From Gekko japonicus (lineage: Eukaryota): a stretch of 64,000 bases of DNA. The notes beneath the pieces are model-generated. The model worked only from the letters and a program-made list of their open reading frames with translations, made no database searches and was not told the origin of the DNA. The stretch spans positions 755,007 through 819,006 of the forward strand of contig NW_015166441.1 in assembly GCF_001447785.1 (NCBI RefSeq), in the 5' to 3' direction. Shown here piece by piece: positions 49,901 to 59,199 of this stretch (positions are counted from its first letter, which is position 1; every line of letters starts with the position of its first letter). Made by a program: the position numbers and the translations under genes.

Positions 49901-52900
49901 CTCCACGACTCCCTCACAAAGAGCATCTCTTTATTGTGAAGCACAGCGGGAAGCACTTCACTCGGTGACACTGGGATAACCTAAAAAAGCAAAACATCAG
50001 ATGATTGTACTTTATGTTAGAATGTGCTATTCATATAGTAAAGGTTCCCTTGCTCGAAAGCCAGTCGAGTCCGACTCTAGGGTTGCGGTGATCATCTCCA
50101 TTTCAAAGCCGAAGAGCCAGCGCTGTCCGAAGACGTTTCCATGGTCATGTGGCCGGCATGACTAAACACCAAGGCGCATGGAACGCTGTTATATAGTACT
50201 TCAGTATTATCAAATATCAGACTTTAACCTAGCTTTCAATACTATATTAAGCCTATGTAGCTTTAGTTTCTAAAGCATCACCAAGGCAAGACACTCCTTT
50301 AAAAACATAAATCAGTTAATCCTCTGAATGTTCAGCAAAACAGAACAGAAAATTGAAACTCAGAGCTTTAGAATTACCTCTTTTGTTTGATACCAGCTGT
50401 TCACAGTTCTTATACTGTGTATCTCAGGTTATTACCCAATTACGTAACTCTTAGTCATTTAGTACTGCATACATTTTCATACAAGTAAAGATAGTTCTGG
50501 AGAAAAAGATAATGCATATTTACATTACACCAGGCCGCATACTAGAAGAGACACCCATTACTATGTGAGAGAGGAATATTTCCTCTAAGATTGTGATTGC
50601 AATCTGCAGTTTCTGTAAATAATTACAAATAACTAAACTATTTTTTAATAAAAAAAGTTCTTGGGACTGGCTATTTGTCACCTACTGAATTTCAGCAACT
50701 CCTGTATAAATAAGTTAGTTCAGTACTTGCTTGCTGAACAATAGCTGGCACATACATAATGTTCAACCAGACATTTCAGTTGTTTGGGTAGCCATTTTTT
50801 ATTAAAAATAGTTTAGTTATTTGTAATTATTTACAGAAACTGCAGATTGCAATCACAATCTTAGAGGAAATATTCCTCTCTCACATAGTAATGGGTGTCT
50901 CTTCTAGTAAACCTGGCACGTAAGACTAAGATACTTAGTATGTCTTAACTCACAGTTGCAGCGCAGTTTTAGCTCTCAAATTTCCCCAAGAACACTGAAT
51001 CAAGCATTACTACCAGTTCTGCCCTGCCAATGTCATTCAAACACCCTATACACTACTGCTGTGCTACAGCACAGAACAACTGGTATTTCCTCCAGTGAAG
51101 TCAAAAAAATTTCAATGGTCAAGGACACTTGTTATATATGGATATTTAAATCTATTTCTGTGAGTGCTCATGTAACAAGTTCATATTTTTCATCCCTCAA
51201 ATTTGTTGAATAACTAGAGTGGTGTTTCATACAGAGACTCAAGCCAGCCTTTCAAAACACAGTTTAAGACCTTTCAAAAGACAGTTTAAGGAACACAAAT
51301 ATCCAGCATCATCACAGTTATGCATTATGAACTTAAGAACTAGAAACTCTCTCTTCCCTTCTGTTCTTTTACAAGAGTAAAATATACACACCGTGACATT
51401 ACTAATGATAGATGTAATGAGTATGTCAGTATCCCACTCAGGATTTTCATTTAAAAATATCTCCTGAGAATCCTCTTTTCCTAAATTTATGCGTTGATAG
51501 AGAGGTATTTCTTCAATATGAGAAAACCACTGAACAATTGCATGTTTTTCCTTAGAACCTGAAGCAGACAAAAATACATACACACACAATTAATTTCTGC
51601 ATAAGTAAAAACACTAAAAGCATTTTAGCTTAGCAATGATTCCTTCATTTCACAAAATCTGGATGGTCTACAGTATCGTTTCTCTTTTTTTTCACTTTCA
51701 GGAAACCTTTCCCACATCTACTAGTCTGATAAGGAACCACTATGCATTTACCAAAGCTGTGGGTGCAGAGAATTTTGAGATGCTTTCTTAGGATATACAA
51801 TCTTTTCCAGTGAAGGGCTGGCCAGCTCACCACTGCCCTGTGTGGCCCAAGACTGCATGATAGGACACACTGTAACATTCTCCTATAACTTTGTATTTTA
51901 GGGGATAATTATCTATCGTGGACACTCTGTCTTTCAGGAATGGCCGTCTACCATTACCAGGCATCAACACCCTCTAGGCTCACACTCTCTATGTGAGCCT
52001 ATCCAAAATGGTGTGGAAACTACAGTGAGCAAAAAAAATGCAGTCAGACTATTTAGAAGCACTGACCTAAACAAACATACTCCAAAGCCAATCAAACTGC
52101 TGTAGAAAAGAGCAAGAGACCAGTAGCACCTTAAAGAGTAACAAAATAAATGGCAGGGTATGGGTATGAGCTTTCATAATTCACTGTTCACTTCTTCAGA
52201 TACAGCTAAAATGTGAGTCCATCTGTCCTATTTATTAAAAAGTGGAGTTATTTCAGATGCCAAATGATATTAGCAGGCAAATGACAATAGCAGGTGACTG
52301 ACAATAGCAGGCATGATTGGATTTAGGTGAGATATGCAGAGGGGTAATAGGCATGGAGAAATCAGCATTAGTAATGAGACAGGAAACCTAGATCTCGATT
52401 CAGTCCAGGAAGATGCATTGTCTTGAGCATCATTATCAGTTGCAATTCAGCAGTCTCTCTGCTTTGGAGCTGGAAAGTACACAGCCTGTGAAAGTACCCT
52501 AGCATTCATTCTGAAAACCACTGGGCCACACCTATAAAATACACAAACAACCTTACGCCGCCCAGAACATGACTTACGCAGCATATAATATATATCCACC
52601 ACCAGAAAATAATTAAATAATAATTTAAGCTCCTTGTTAATGTTCTTAATTCTTCCTGTAAGATTTCCACTTTACAAAAAAGGAGTAAGGCTATCTACTG
52701 AACATTTTAGGAGAGAGGTGGAAAAAACAGATTGACACTGAATGTACTGGTTTTGTCAGGAAAACACATACTGAAAAGGTTTTAAATTATGTATCTATGA
52801 TGTTAATGTACAGAGTTAATTCCTATAATAATCTTTATTTTGCTTGGGGTCCTAGAGCACTGGGACATTTGTTCAGAACTATAACCTTAATGTAGCAAAA

Positions 52901-54741
52901 AGCATAGCCCAGAAATATTGCATGGTTTGCAGTGTTCCTTCTAAGCTAAGTTAGTGTGAGCTAGCTCAGTTTTTTAGCCTCCGGCTCACACATTTTTGTC
53001 TTAGCTCAGGAAGAATGGCTCCAGAGCAAACTAATTTATGCAGAAACCAAATCACTCACTCACAATTTTAATGCCAACAGCTCACAAAGTAGAATTTTTG
53101 CTCACCAGACTCCACAGCTTAGAGGGAGCATTGATAGTTTGGCTTTGCCTCAGACCTCTTTTAGAATACCTAATGATGGGAGCCTTCCTGACCAGCATTT
53201 GACAAATTAACAGGTAATGCACAGGACAAAAATTCAAAGGGAAAATCAAAAAGCTTACCATCTTCATATAATTTTAGAAGTCTTGCCACGAGAATCTGCT
53301 CTGTGTTCTCACCCTCTATTAAAATAAACTCTCCAGGAAAAATGCGGGTTTCAGTTGTATTTTTTCCTGATTTAATACACATTCCCCTAGAAAGGGATGA
53401 TTATAAATGTTTTCCACATTTCTTGCAATTAAGATGCATTGTCAAGGTTATCAAGTACAATCTTTTCCTCTCTTCCATTCCCTCTTATTTGTTTCTATGT
53501 CTTTCAGATCCACACATCCTTCTTTAAAATGAACCCACGAAGCTAACTTATGCTGAATCGGATCACTGGTCCATCAAGGTCAGGACTGTCTACCAGCAGC
53601 GGCTCTCCAGAGTCTCAGTCAAAGATCCTTCCCATCTTCTACTACCTGATTCTTCTAACTGGAGATGTCAGGAATTGAACCTCTAGGACCTTCTGCATGC
53701 CAAGCAGATGCTCTACCACTGCGCCACAGCCTTTCCCTAAGTAATCCAGTCCACTTCCTACAGCAATTAATTATGAGTAGGCCAATAGTTAATTCTGTGT
53801 GAGTTATGGACACAGACAATAACTAATACACTTGTAAAAACATTGGTGAAATCATACTATCTATAGCTTCTATGTACACAATTATAATTTTAGAGGCTGC
53901 CGAAGAATTTGTGCAGTCCTGTTTAACAAAACAAGTCAGTACTGACGAACACTTTAAGGCAAGAAATGAAGAACACAAAAATCCAACACTGAGGTTATTA
54001 CTGGTTAATCCCTTTCCCCATCTCTGCTATGATCTTCACTCCTCCACCTTTGAAACTCCAAAGACATCATAGTCACTTAAATGACTGCATCATCTCTCAG
54101 TCCTGGAACTCTCTCAAGGAATGTCTACATGATATTACCACTTTCCGTTTCTTAACCCTAGGCCTGATTCTCCACTGAAACTAAGGCCTGGTTTTCATAC
54201 AGAAGAAAACCAGGTGGGAAAAAAGATAACATGGAGTGCACGCCTTCAGACTGCAGGAGGAGAATCACATTTTGGAATGCTCCCCTAGATTAAACCCTCC
54301 CTGCAAATAGAAAAGCAATACAGCAAGTGAAAAAATGGAATAAATCCTCTATCTTTCCTGTATCAGTTTTCTGTGCATGTAGTTTTTTAGCATAATTCAA
54401 ATTCAGAATCCACCGTCAGCAGTACAAAGAAATGCAGTCCATTGTACCACCTCATTTTATGCATAAAAATACATATATTTCTTATTATCCTCACTTCACC
54501 TGCCTCCTCTGTGTCACATTATACAGATTTCCCTTTTCATTTATTACTGTGTAATAATTAGAACTATGTTATTATGCCAACCATTCCTATACAAAACCCG
54601 GATTTATTTCATTATTCATTCATCTGTCCTATTTATCTGTCTAGATACAAACCCATAATTGGAGATCTGTAGTTGTTTATCAAAAGAGATGGCTCTTCCA
54701 TACCAAGAGTAAATGCGTTTACCCGAATTCCTTGTATTCAT
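27975..54741 (-). CDS. ORC1: Origin recognition complex subunit 1 (BAH + AAA+ + winged helix), about 890 aa; as assembled it carries a homopolymer frameshift in the penultimate exon
   Basis: Exons 54653-54741, 53259-53386, 51392-51558, 49611-49980, 47731-48028, 46364-46453, 41683-41817, 38918-39104, 38331-38437, 37833-37934, 36367-36538, 34534-34641, 34003-34152, 32909-33028, 32412-32578, 28893-28985, 27975-28169. Walker A GVPGTGKT, Walker [33 protein letters not shown]-terminus [16 protein letters not shown]. Confidence 0.96.
28240..28652 (+). mobile_element. LINE (L2/Crack-like) 3' end
   Basis: [33 protein letters not shown]; AATAAA followed by (cttga)n tail. Confidence 0.7.
28893..28985 (-). 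CDS. ORC1: ORC1 penultimate exon, winged helix ([28 protein letters not shown]) with a T9 run
   Basis: cag/gtattc; 93 nt, which breaks the frame. Confidence 0.88.
29371..31493 (+). mobile_element. Non-autonomous polyA retroelement, 2.1 kb
   Basis: 15-bp TSD gaaaatatctatgca/gaaaatatttatgca (29356-29370 and 31494-31508); GC-rich 5' end; short ORF 30277-30633; AATAAA plus A-tail. Confidence 0.8.
32412..32578 (-). CDS. ORC1: ORC1 exon, sensor II ([17 protein letters not shown])
   Basis: tag/gtaatt. Confidence 0.95.
32909..33028 (-). CDS. ORC1: ORC1 exon ([15 protein letters not shown]...QLVSRK)
   Basis: tag/gtaaag, 120 nt. Confidence 0.95.
34003..34152 (-). CDS. ORC1: ORC1 exon, sensor I
   Basis: [19 protein letters not shown]...[20 protein letters not shown]. 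Confidence 0.96.
34534..34641 (-). CDS. ORC1: ORC1 exon, Walker B
   Basis: [13 protein letters not shown]...TTVLVVDE. Confidence 0.95.
34860..35110. mobile_element. Non-autonomous DNA element ending TGGCAACCC, with an internal (AAAT)n microsatellite
   Basis: ttttctccagggga..ggagatctccagg..ggctggcaaccc; (AAAT)n at about 34964-35000. Confidence 0.6.
36017..36064. repeat. (AACC)12 microsatellite
   Basis: Perfect tetranucleotide repeat. Confidence 0.95.
36367..36538 (-). CDS. ORC1: ORC1 exon, Walker A
   Basis: [19 protein letters not shown]. Confidence 0.96.
37833..37934 (-). CDS. ORC1: ORC1 exon ([17 protein letters not shown]...DGTGG)
   Basis: aag/gtgagt. Confidence 0.95.
38331..38437 (-). 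CDS. ORC1: ORC1 exon (PRTPKTPR...VLEEARIR)
   Basis: cag/gtaaag. Confidence 0.92.
38716..38905 (-). mobile_element. tRNA-derived SINE, decayed
   Basis: atgaagctg..ggcagcagctc..aactagagat..gctctgtcattgagcta, similar to the copies at 48760 and 53538. Confidence 0.55.
38918..39104 (-). CDS. ORC1: ORC1 exon ([11 protein letters not shown]...TPAKTSRKT)
   Basis: tag/gtaagt, phase 2 to 0. Confidence 0.85.
41314..41475 (+). mobile_element. 5S rRNA-derived SINE
   Basis: tctcgtcagatcttggaagctaagcagggtcggccttggctagtatttggatggg matches the 5S internal promoter region, followed by a non-5S body. Confidence 0.85.
41683..41817 (-). CDS. ORC1: ORC1 exon (PDEEQE...[16 protein letters not shown])
   Basis: cag/gtgagt, 135 nt, phase 2 to 2. 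Confidence 0.82.
42700..43110 (-). mobile_element. DIRS-like retrotransposon tyrosine recombinase remnant
   Basis: [61 protein letters not shown]. Confidence 0.8.
43110..44318 (+). mobile_element. L2 LINE ORF2 (reverse transcriptase) fragment, frameshifted
   Basis: [12 protein letters not shown]; [13 protein letters not shown]; [11 protein letters not shown]; DPFQSGFRP; LLDLSAAFD; [15 protein letters not shown]; YAGDT. Confidence 0.92.
46066..46260 (+). mobile_element. 5S-derived SINE with RTE/Sauria-type tail and (CA)n
   Basis: gatcttggaagctaagcagggccgaccctggtaagtac..ggggtcacca. Confidence 0.8.
46364..46453 (-). CDS. ORC1: ORC1 90-nt symmetric exon
   Basis: aag acceptor after a pyrimidine tract, gtaagt donor, open phase 2 to 2. 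Confidence 0.65.
47221..47643. mobile_element. hAT (Charlie-like) MITE
   Basis: TIRs CAGGGGTGTCAAAC / GTTTGACACCCCTG; perfect 8-bp TSD ATCTAGAT. Confidence 0.93.
47731..48028 (-). CDS. ORC1: ORC1 exon, disordered region (SPLKRKVTF)
   Basis: Open 298 nt, tag/gtgagt, phases fit. Confidence 0.85.
48760..48955 (-). mobile_element. tRNA-derived SINE
   Basis: atgaagctgcctta..ggtccatcaaggtcag..ggaccttctgcatgccaagcag..accactcagccacagcccc. Confidence 0.75.
49405..49515 (+). mobile_element. CR1 3' tail
   Basis: ggccactgt..tggactagatgggccattggcctgatccaaca..ttctcttatgttctta. Confidence 0.8.
49611..49980 (-). CDS. ORC1: ORC1 exon, end of BAH and start of disordered region
   Basis: [15 protein letters not shown]...AAKKKLQLN; tag/gtatgt. 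Confidence 0.9.
50038..50191 (-). mobile_element. Sauria SINE, truncated
   Basis: Closely similar to the copy at 19928. Confidence 0.85.
50540..50909. repeat. Near-perfect inverted repeat, about 115-bp arms and 138-nt spacer
   Basis: Arms 50540-50656 and 50795-50909 differ only in homopolymer length. Confidence 0.95.
51392..51558 (-). CDS. ORC1: ORC1 exon, BAH domain
   Basis: AIVQWF..EEIP..QEIF; cag/gtgtgt. Confidence 0.9.
52103..52460 (-). mobile_element. Penelope-like element 3' end (GIY-YIG C-terminus and pseudo-LTR with hammerhead remnant)
   Basis: Minus strand [30 protein letters not shown]; CTGAAGA..GAAA core. Confidence 0.85.
52930..53133. mobile_element. hAT-type MITE, same family as 3398-3577
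   Basis: TIRs CAGTGTTCCTTCTAAGCT / AGCTTAGAGGGAGCATTG; TSD atggtttg/atagtttg. Confidence 0.88.
53259..53386 (-). CDS. ORC1: ORC1 exon, BAH domain
   Basis: [19 protein letters not shown]; tag/gtaagc. Confidence 0.9.
53538..53737 (-). mobile_element. tRNA-derived SINE
   Basis: ggtccatcaaggtcag..ggaattgaacct..ggaccttctgcatgccaagcagatgctctaccactgcgccacagcc. Confidence 0.8.
54653..54741 (-). CDS. ORC1: ORC1 first coding exon ([16 protein letters not shown]...)
   Basis: Exon begins at 54747 after a cag acceptor; ATG at 54741; YSW motif. Confidence 0.85.
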
Positions 54742-54859
54742 GTTTTCCTGTGAAGAAATACAAACAAAATAAATTTTGTATGCAGATATACACACTCTTA
54801 CAAAGACACGCACACAGAGAGAAACTGCTTATGTTGAAGTAACCCGTTTCGTGAATACT

Positions 54860-55390
54860 ACATCCCTCTAGCGCCCACTGGCGAATGAGAGAAGGTGCAG
54901 GGGAGCAGGGTTCCACTTGCGGGGTTCTGGGAAACCTTCGCACTCCCTTTTTCTATGTATTTCCTGACCTCAAGCCCGACTTCGGCTGCTGCATGCCACC
55001 CACCAGCAACAACAATTTGCTCGCTAGACTGAAGAACCCGTACAAGGAACTAGATGCGGCGCACAGCGAATTCTTCCTCAGGATGAAATTTCGCGCCGAA
55101 CTGAACGCGCCCCGCCCCGCCCCGCCCCGCCCCGGAACAAGAAGCAGAAGCATTGCCGGGGAAAACTCACTTCCGCCATGTCTGTTCCAGTCTCTATGAT
55201 GCCTGAAATAGGATACCCGTTTGCCCGGCGCTAAGATGACAGATTGGAAGCGTCAAAGTTCAACCTGAAAGGAATAGACCCCTGAAACGGAAGCGGAAAG
55301 CGCTGAGTTTGTCCGGTACCACAGTAGTCCACTTGTTCCGCTATATTTTCTTTCCTTTTTCCTCGGTATTGGTTCTCGGCCTCACAATGG
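54860..55390. promoter_or_regulatory. Bidirectional CpG promoter shared by ORC1 and PRPF38A
   Basis: E2F site TTTCGCGCCGAA at 55089-55100; tandem CCCCG GC-box repeats near 55109-55134; ETS/YY1 CACTTCCGCCATG at 55168-55180; tandem CGGAAGCGGAAA near 55288; candidate ORC1 exon-1 donor GAG|gtcagg at 54969. Confidence 0.85.
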
Positions 55391-55516
55391 CAAACCGGAC
55401 AGTAAAGGATGCGCATAGCATCCACGGCACTAACCCGCAATACCTGGTGGAGAAGATTATCCGCACTCGCATCTATGAGTCCAAGTATTGGAAGGAAGAA
55501 TGCTTTGGTCTGACTG
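55387..55516 (+). CDS. PRPF38A: PRPF38A exon 1
   Basis: ATG in acaATGg context; donor gtacgg. Confidence 0.96.
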
Positions 55517-58500
55517 GTACGGTTTGGGTAGCTATGAGGGCAACAGCGGGGGGCGGGGAGGACCATGTGGGGGGAGTATGTCGGGAGAGGGAACCTGAAA
55601 CAGGAGGGGGAGATGGTGAAATAGAGGCCCTGCTATCCATATTTTAGGACAGTGGTGGCGAACCTATGGCAGAGGTGGCACTCAGAGCCCTCTCTGTGGG
55701 TGCCATCGCCCCAGCCAGGCCCAGACCATCATTAAAGTGTCGAATTCTCTGCCAAATAATTTTAAGTAAATGAAAGCATTTGGGATTGCTTTCCTTACTT
55801 TGTTTGGATCATCTTAAGTTAATGTATGAGTTGTTTTTTCTAAAGTAAAACCTCAGTATTCAGGTTAAATTGTCGTGTTGGCACTTTGCGATAAATAAGT
55901 GGGTTTTGGGTCAGTTTGGGCACTCGGTCTCTAAAAGGTTCACCATCACTGTTTTAGGATAGTAACGACAATTAATGCCCCTCTTTCTTTCATTGGTATA
56001 TTAGCTGAACTGGTTGTGGATAAAGCTATGGAACTGAGGTACACTGGTGGAGTTTATGGTGGAAACATCAAGCCCACGCCATTCTTATGTTTGACTCTGA
56101 AGATGTTACAGATACAGCCTGAAAAAGACATCATTGTGGAATTTATAAAGAATGAAGATTTCAAGTAAGGAGCTCTTCAGTCTGAACACGAAGTTTATAC
56201 TTTGTCCTGTACTTGAAAGTAACTAGTAGCATTTTGTAGGTGTCCAGGTTCACATTACAGACTCTTTATAAATCCTACATTTAGTAATTTATATTGTTTC
56301 TCACACTGTATGTTTCTTGACAAATCAGAATTTTATGGATACATTCTTTGTTATTTGCTACTTTGTTTTCATTAATCCATTTGACAATGTTCCCTCACCA
56401 ATCTCCTGGTGGTATGAATCTACTGAGTATTTTGTATGTGCAGACTGATCTGCAGAACAGCAAATGAAGATTCCAGTAATCATGAACAATGATGTTTCAA
56501 ACTAATCTAACATGTGAAGGTTTCTATTTTTAGATTACTATACTTGAAAGAATGCCATTCCAAAATATTTTTTGTGCTTGCTAATTTTCAGGTATGTGAG
56601 ATTGCTGGGTGCATTGTATATGAGACTAACTGGCACTGCCATAGACTGCTACAAATACCTTGAACCCTTGTACAATGATTATCGAAAAATAAAAAACCAA
56701 AATAGAAATGGGGGTAAGTGGCCTGATTTTATAATTCATGTCCCTAAAATGAGGTGGTATTTGTCAACCATAAGTCACATGTATAGATAGAATCAATATT
56801 CTTATTAATTTTAATAAGCAGCCTGAATAGCCCATTTCAGCCTTAGCTTGCATGCTAAGCAGGGTCAGCCATGGTTAATACTTATGTGAAAGACCACCAA
56901 GGAAGACTGGGATTGGCAAACCACCTCTGCTTGTCACTTGGCTGGAATGCCCCATGGATGGGGTCACCATGAGTAGGTTGCAACTTGGTGACATCTTCTA
57001 ATTTTGATGCCATATATATGGATTTAGTCTTTACCAGGTGTCAAATAAGTTGTTGCTTGCTTCACTGTAACCATATTATTTGAAGATAAACTGCAGTTTT
57101 CTTGGAGAATGTGAGGAGAAGCATGGCATCAGGGATTGCTGAAAACTGAAGTATTTCTTATTTTCTAACAATAATTTTTTTTGGAAAATAGAGCTATAAA
57201 TTATAGGGTGGCTGTTTGCATTCTAAAATAAACTATTTTTTCTTCCAGAGTTTGAATTAATGCACGTGGATGAGTTTATTGATCAATTGCTCCACGATGA
57301 ACGTGTGTGTGATATCATTTTACCTAGACTACAGGTGTGTAACAATTAATAACGTATTAATGAGAAAAACAAGACTAGAGTATGTGCCAAGTAGTAACAA
57401 GATTTGACAAGATCCTTGCTACTTTTGCAAGTGAGGCTACAAATGCATGGGCTGTTGTATCACCCTTCCACCCATTAAGCATTGCCTACACTGAAAAGCT
57501 GTTGGTTATTTTTAGAAACGGTATGTCCTAGAAGAAGCTGAACAGCTGGAACCACGCATTAGTGCACTGGAAGAAGATATGGATGATGTGGAGTCTAGTG
57601 AAGACGAGGAAGAAGAGGATGAGAAGGTTTAAGTATTTGTGTGGTCTCTCTTCTGGTTTTTTCTGCACACACACACCCTACTCATACTGAGTTTGCTTGA
57701 TAAAATCCTTAATACTAGATTGTATTTGACTTTCTTTAGAGATGCATTGTACTCAGGTATTTTAACAGAGTGGTTTTGTTTGTAATACTTACAGATGGAA
57801 AGGGCTCCCACACCTGATCACAGGAGAAGAGGCTACAGGGATCTAGACAAACCCCGGAGATCTCCAACTCTGCGGTATAGGAGAAGCCGAAGCAGGTCTC
57901 CCAGAAGGTACATTTTTGGAAAATCCTTTCAATCAACATAAAGCTCATCCTAAAAAGATGTAAGACTAATACACTTACCTCCATTATCCCCCCCTTCTGT
58001 TTCAGACGAAGTCGATCTCCAAAGAGAAGAAGGTAGGAGAACTACTGAACTGTTTTTTAAAATTAAATTCCATATGTCATCACGCAGTCATATGCTGGCT
58101 ATGCCATCATTTAAGGTGGTCTATCCAGCATCAACCAGAGCCCAGGCCTTTTCTATCATGGCTCCAGCTCTGTGGAATGGGCTCCCTGAAGAGATGCAGA
58201 GAGGAGGATTTCCTCCTTGAAGATCTTCAGGAGGTATTGGGAGGCCTGACTGTTTGCTAGGGCTATTGAGGGAGTCTGAATAGGCAGGCATCTTTGAAGG
58301 GGGAGGAAGTTTTGGGATTTGTTATTTTATTTTTGCCTTTAATCTGAAAATGTTTGTAGCTATTATTGCAAGCTGCCTTGAACCATGAGGAAAGGCAGAT
58401 ATATTTTATTCAATAATTAAATAAATTAGGTTTAACACTAATAATATCCTGTGTTCGATTAGTCCTTCACCACGGCGGGAAAGGCACCGTAGTAAGAGCC

Positions 58501-59199
58501 CAAGGCGGCATCGAAGCAGATCCAGGGACAGACGGCACAGATCAAGATCTAAATCTCCAGGTAGTTGAGTTTGTGATTTCTCTGGTATGTGACTCATGAA
58601 AACTCATACCCTGCCACAAATTTTGTTAGTCTTTAAGGTGCTACTGGACTCTTGGTCCTTTCTACTGCTACAGACACAGACTGACTAACATGGCTACCCA
58701 TCTTGATCTATTTGGCATGTCAGTAACTAATAGTTTCAGCTCCAGTTTCTACCTGTTTGTTTTTATCGTATCTCTGTAAAGCACCCTCCTTAATAATTCT
58801 GCATTATGTGGACTGGAACTTAGAAGGAACCCTATGCAGATGATTACTCAAAGTAAAGATTTTATGTCTTATTTTTGACAGGACACCATCGTAGCCACAG
58901 ACATCGCAGTCATTCCAAGTCTCCAGAAAGGTATAGACCATATTTTGCTGCTAAATAATAATGGTTTAGCAATGACTTTGTTCTTAGAAGTTTCTTTTTC
59001 CATGGTAACTGTCAAATTCCAAACAGTTTGTGTGTAATTGGGAGAGTTTGTTAAAAATGTCATAACTGACCCATAATCAAAATACTGGTCATGAATGTGC
59101 AATTCACATATACCCATTGGAATCAGACAATTGAGAAAATGTTGTTGTACTTTCAGATCTAAAAAAAGCCATAAGAAGAGTCGTCGGGGAAACGAATGA
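55387..59199 (+). CDS. PRPF38A: Pre-mRNA-splicing factor 38A, 312 aa
   Basis: Exons 55387-55516, 56005-56164, 56592-56713, 57249-57334, 57516-57626, 57795-57907, 58006-58032, 58463-58560, 58882-58930, 59157-59199 sum to 939 nt. MANRTVKDAHSIHGTNPQYLVEKIIRTRIYESKYWKEECFGLT... RS-rich tail ...HKKSRRGNE*. Confidence 0.98.
55650..55951. mobile_element. hAT MITE in PRPF38A intron 1
   Basis: TIRs CAGTGGTGGCGAACCT / AGGTTCACCATCACTG; perfect 8-bp TSD TTTTAGGA. Confidence 0.92.
56005..56164 (+). CDS. PRPF38A: PRPF38A exon 2
   Basis: ELVVDKAMEL...PTPFLCLTLKMLQIQPEKD. Confidence 0.96.
56592..56713 (+). CDS. PRPF38A: PRPF38A exon 3
   Basis: YVRLLGALYMRLTG...DYRKIK. Confidence 0.96.
56821..56995 (+). 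mobile_element. 5S-derived SINE, decayed
   Basis: gctaagcagggtcagccatggttaatactt..ggcaaaccacctctgc..ggggtcaccat. Confidence 0.7.
57249..57334 (+). CDS. PRPF38A: PRPF38A exon 4
   Basis: FELMHVDEFID...ILPRLQ. Confidence 0.96.
57516..57626 (+). CDS. PRPF38A: PRPF38A exon 5
   Basis: KRYVLEEAEQLEPRISALEED. Confidence 0.95.
57795..57907 (+). CDS. PRPF38A: PRPF38A exon 6
   Basis: MERAPTPDHRRRGYRDLDKPRRSP. Confidence 0.94.
58006..58032 (+). CDS. PRPF38A: PRPF38A exon 7 (27-nt microexon)
   Basis: RSRSPKRR; cag/gtagga. Confidence 0.9.
58105..58427 (+). mobile_element. L2 LINE 3' end
   Basis: ggccttttctatcatggctccagctctgtggaatgggctccct..gcaagctgccttga..aaataaat. Confidence 0.7.
58463..58560 (+). 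CDS. PRPF38A: PRPF38A exon 8
   Basis: PSPRRERHRSKSPRRHRSRSRDRRHRSRSKSP. Confidence 0.94.
58588..58710 (+). mobile_element. Penelope-like terminal fragment
   Basis: gtgactcatgaaaactcataccctgccacaaattttgttagtctttaaggtgctactggactc. Confidence 0.75.
58882..58930 (+). CDS. PRPF38A: PRPF38A exon 9
   Basis: HHRSHRHRSHSKSPE. Confidence 0.94.
59157..59199 (+). CDS. PRPF38A: PRPF38A exon 10 (coding part)
   Basis: SKKSHKKSRRGNE* with TGA at 59197-59199. Confidence 0.94.

Noticed and set aside
27975-54741. Calling ORC1 a pseudogene
   Set aside because: There is only one lesion, in a homopolymer. All other exons, splice sites, ATPase motifs and the promoter are intact.
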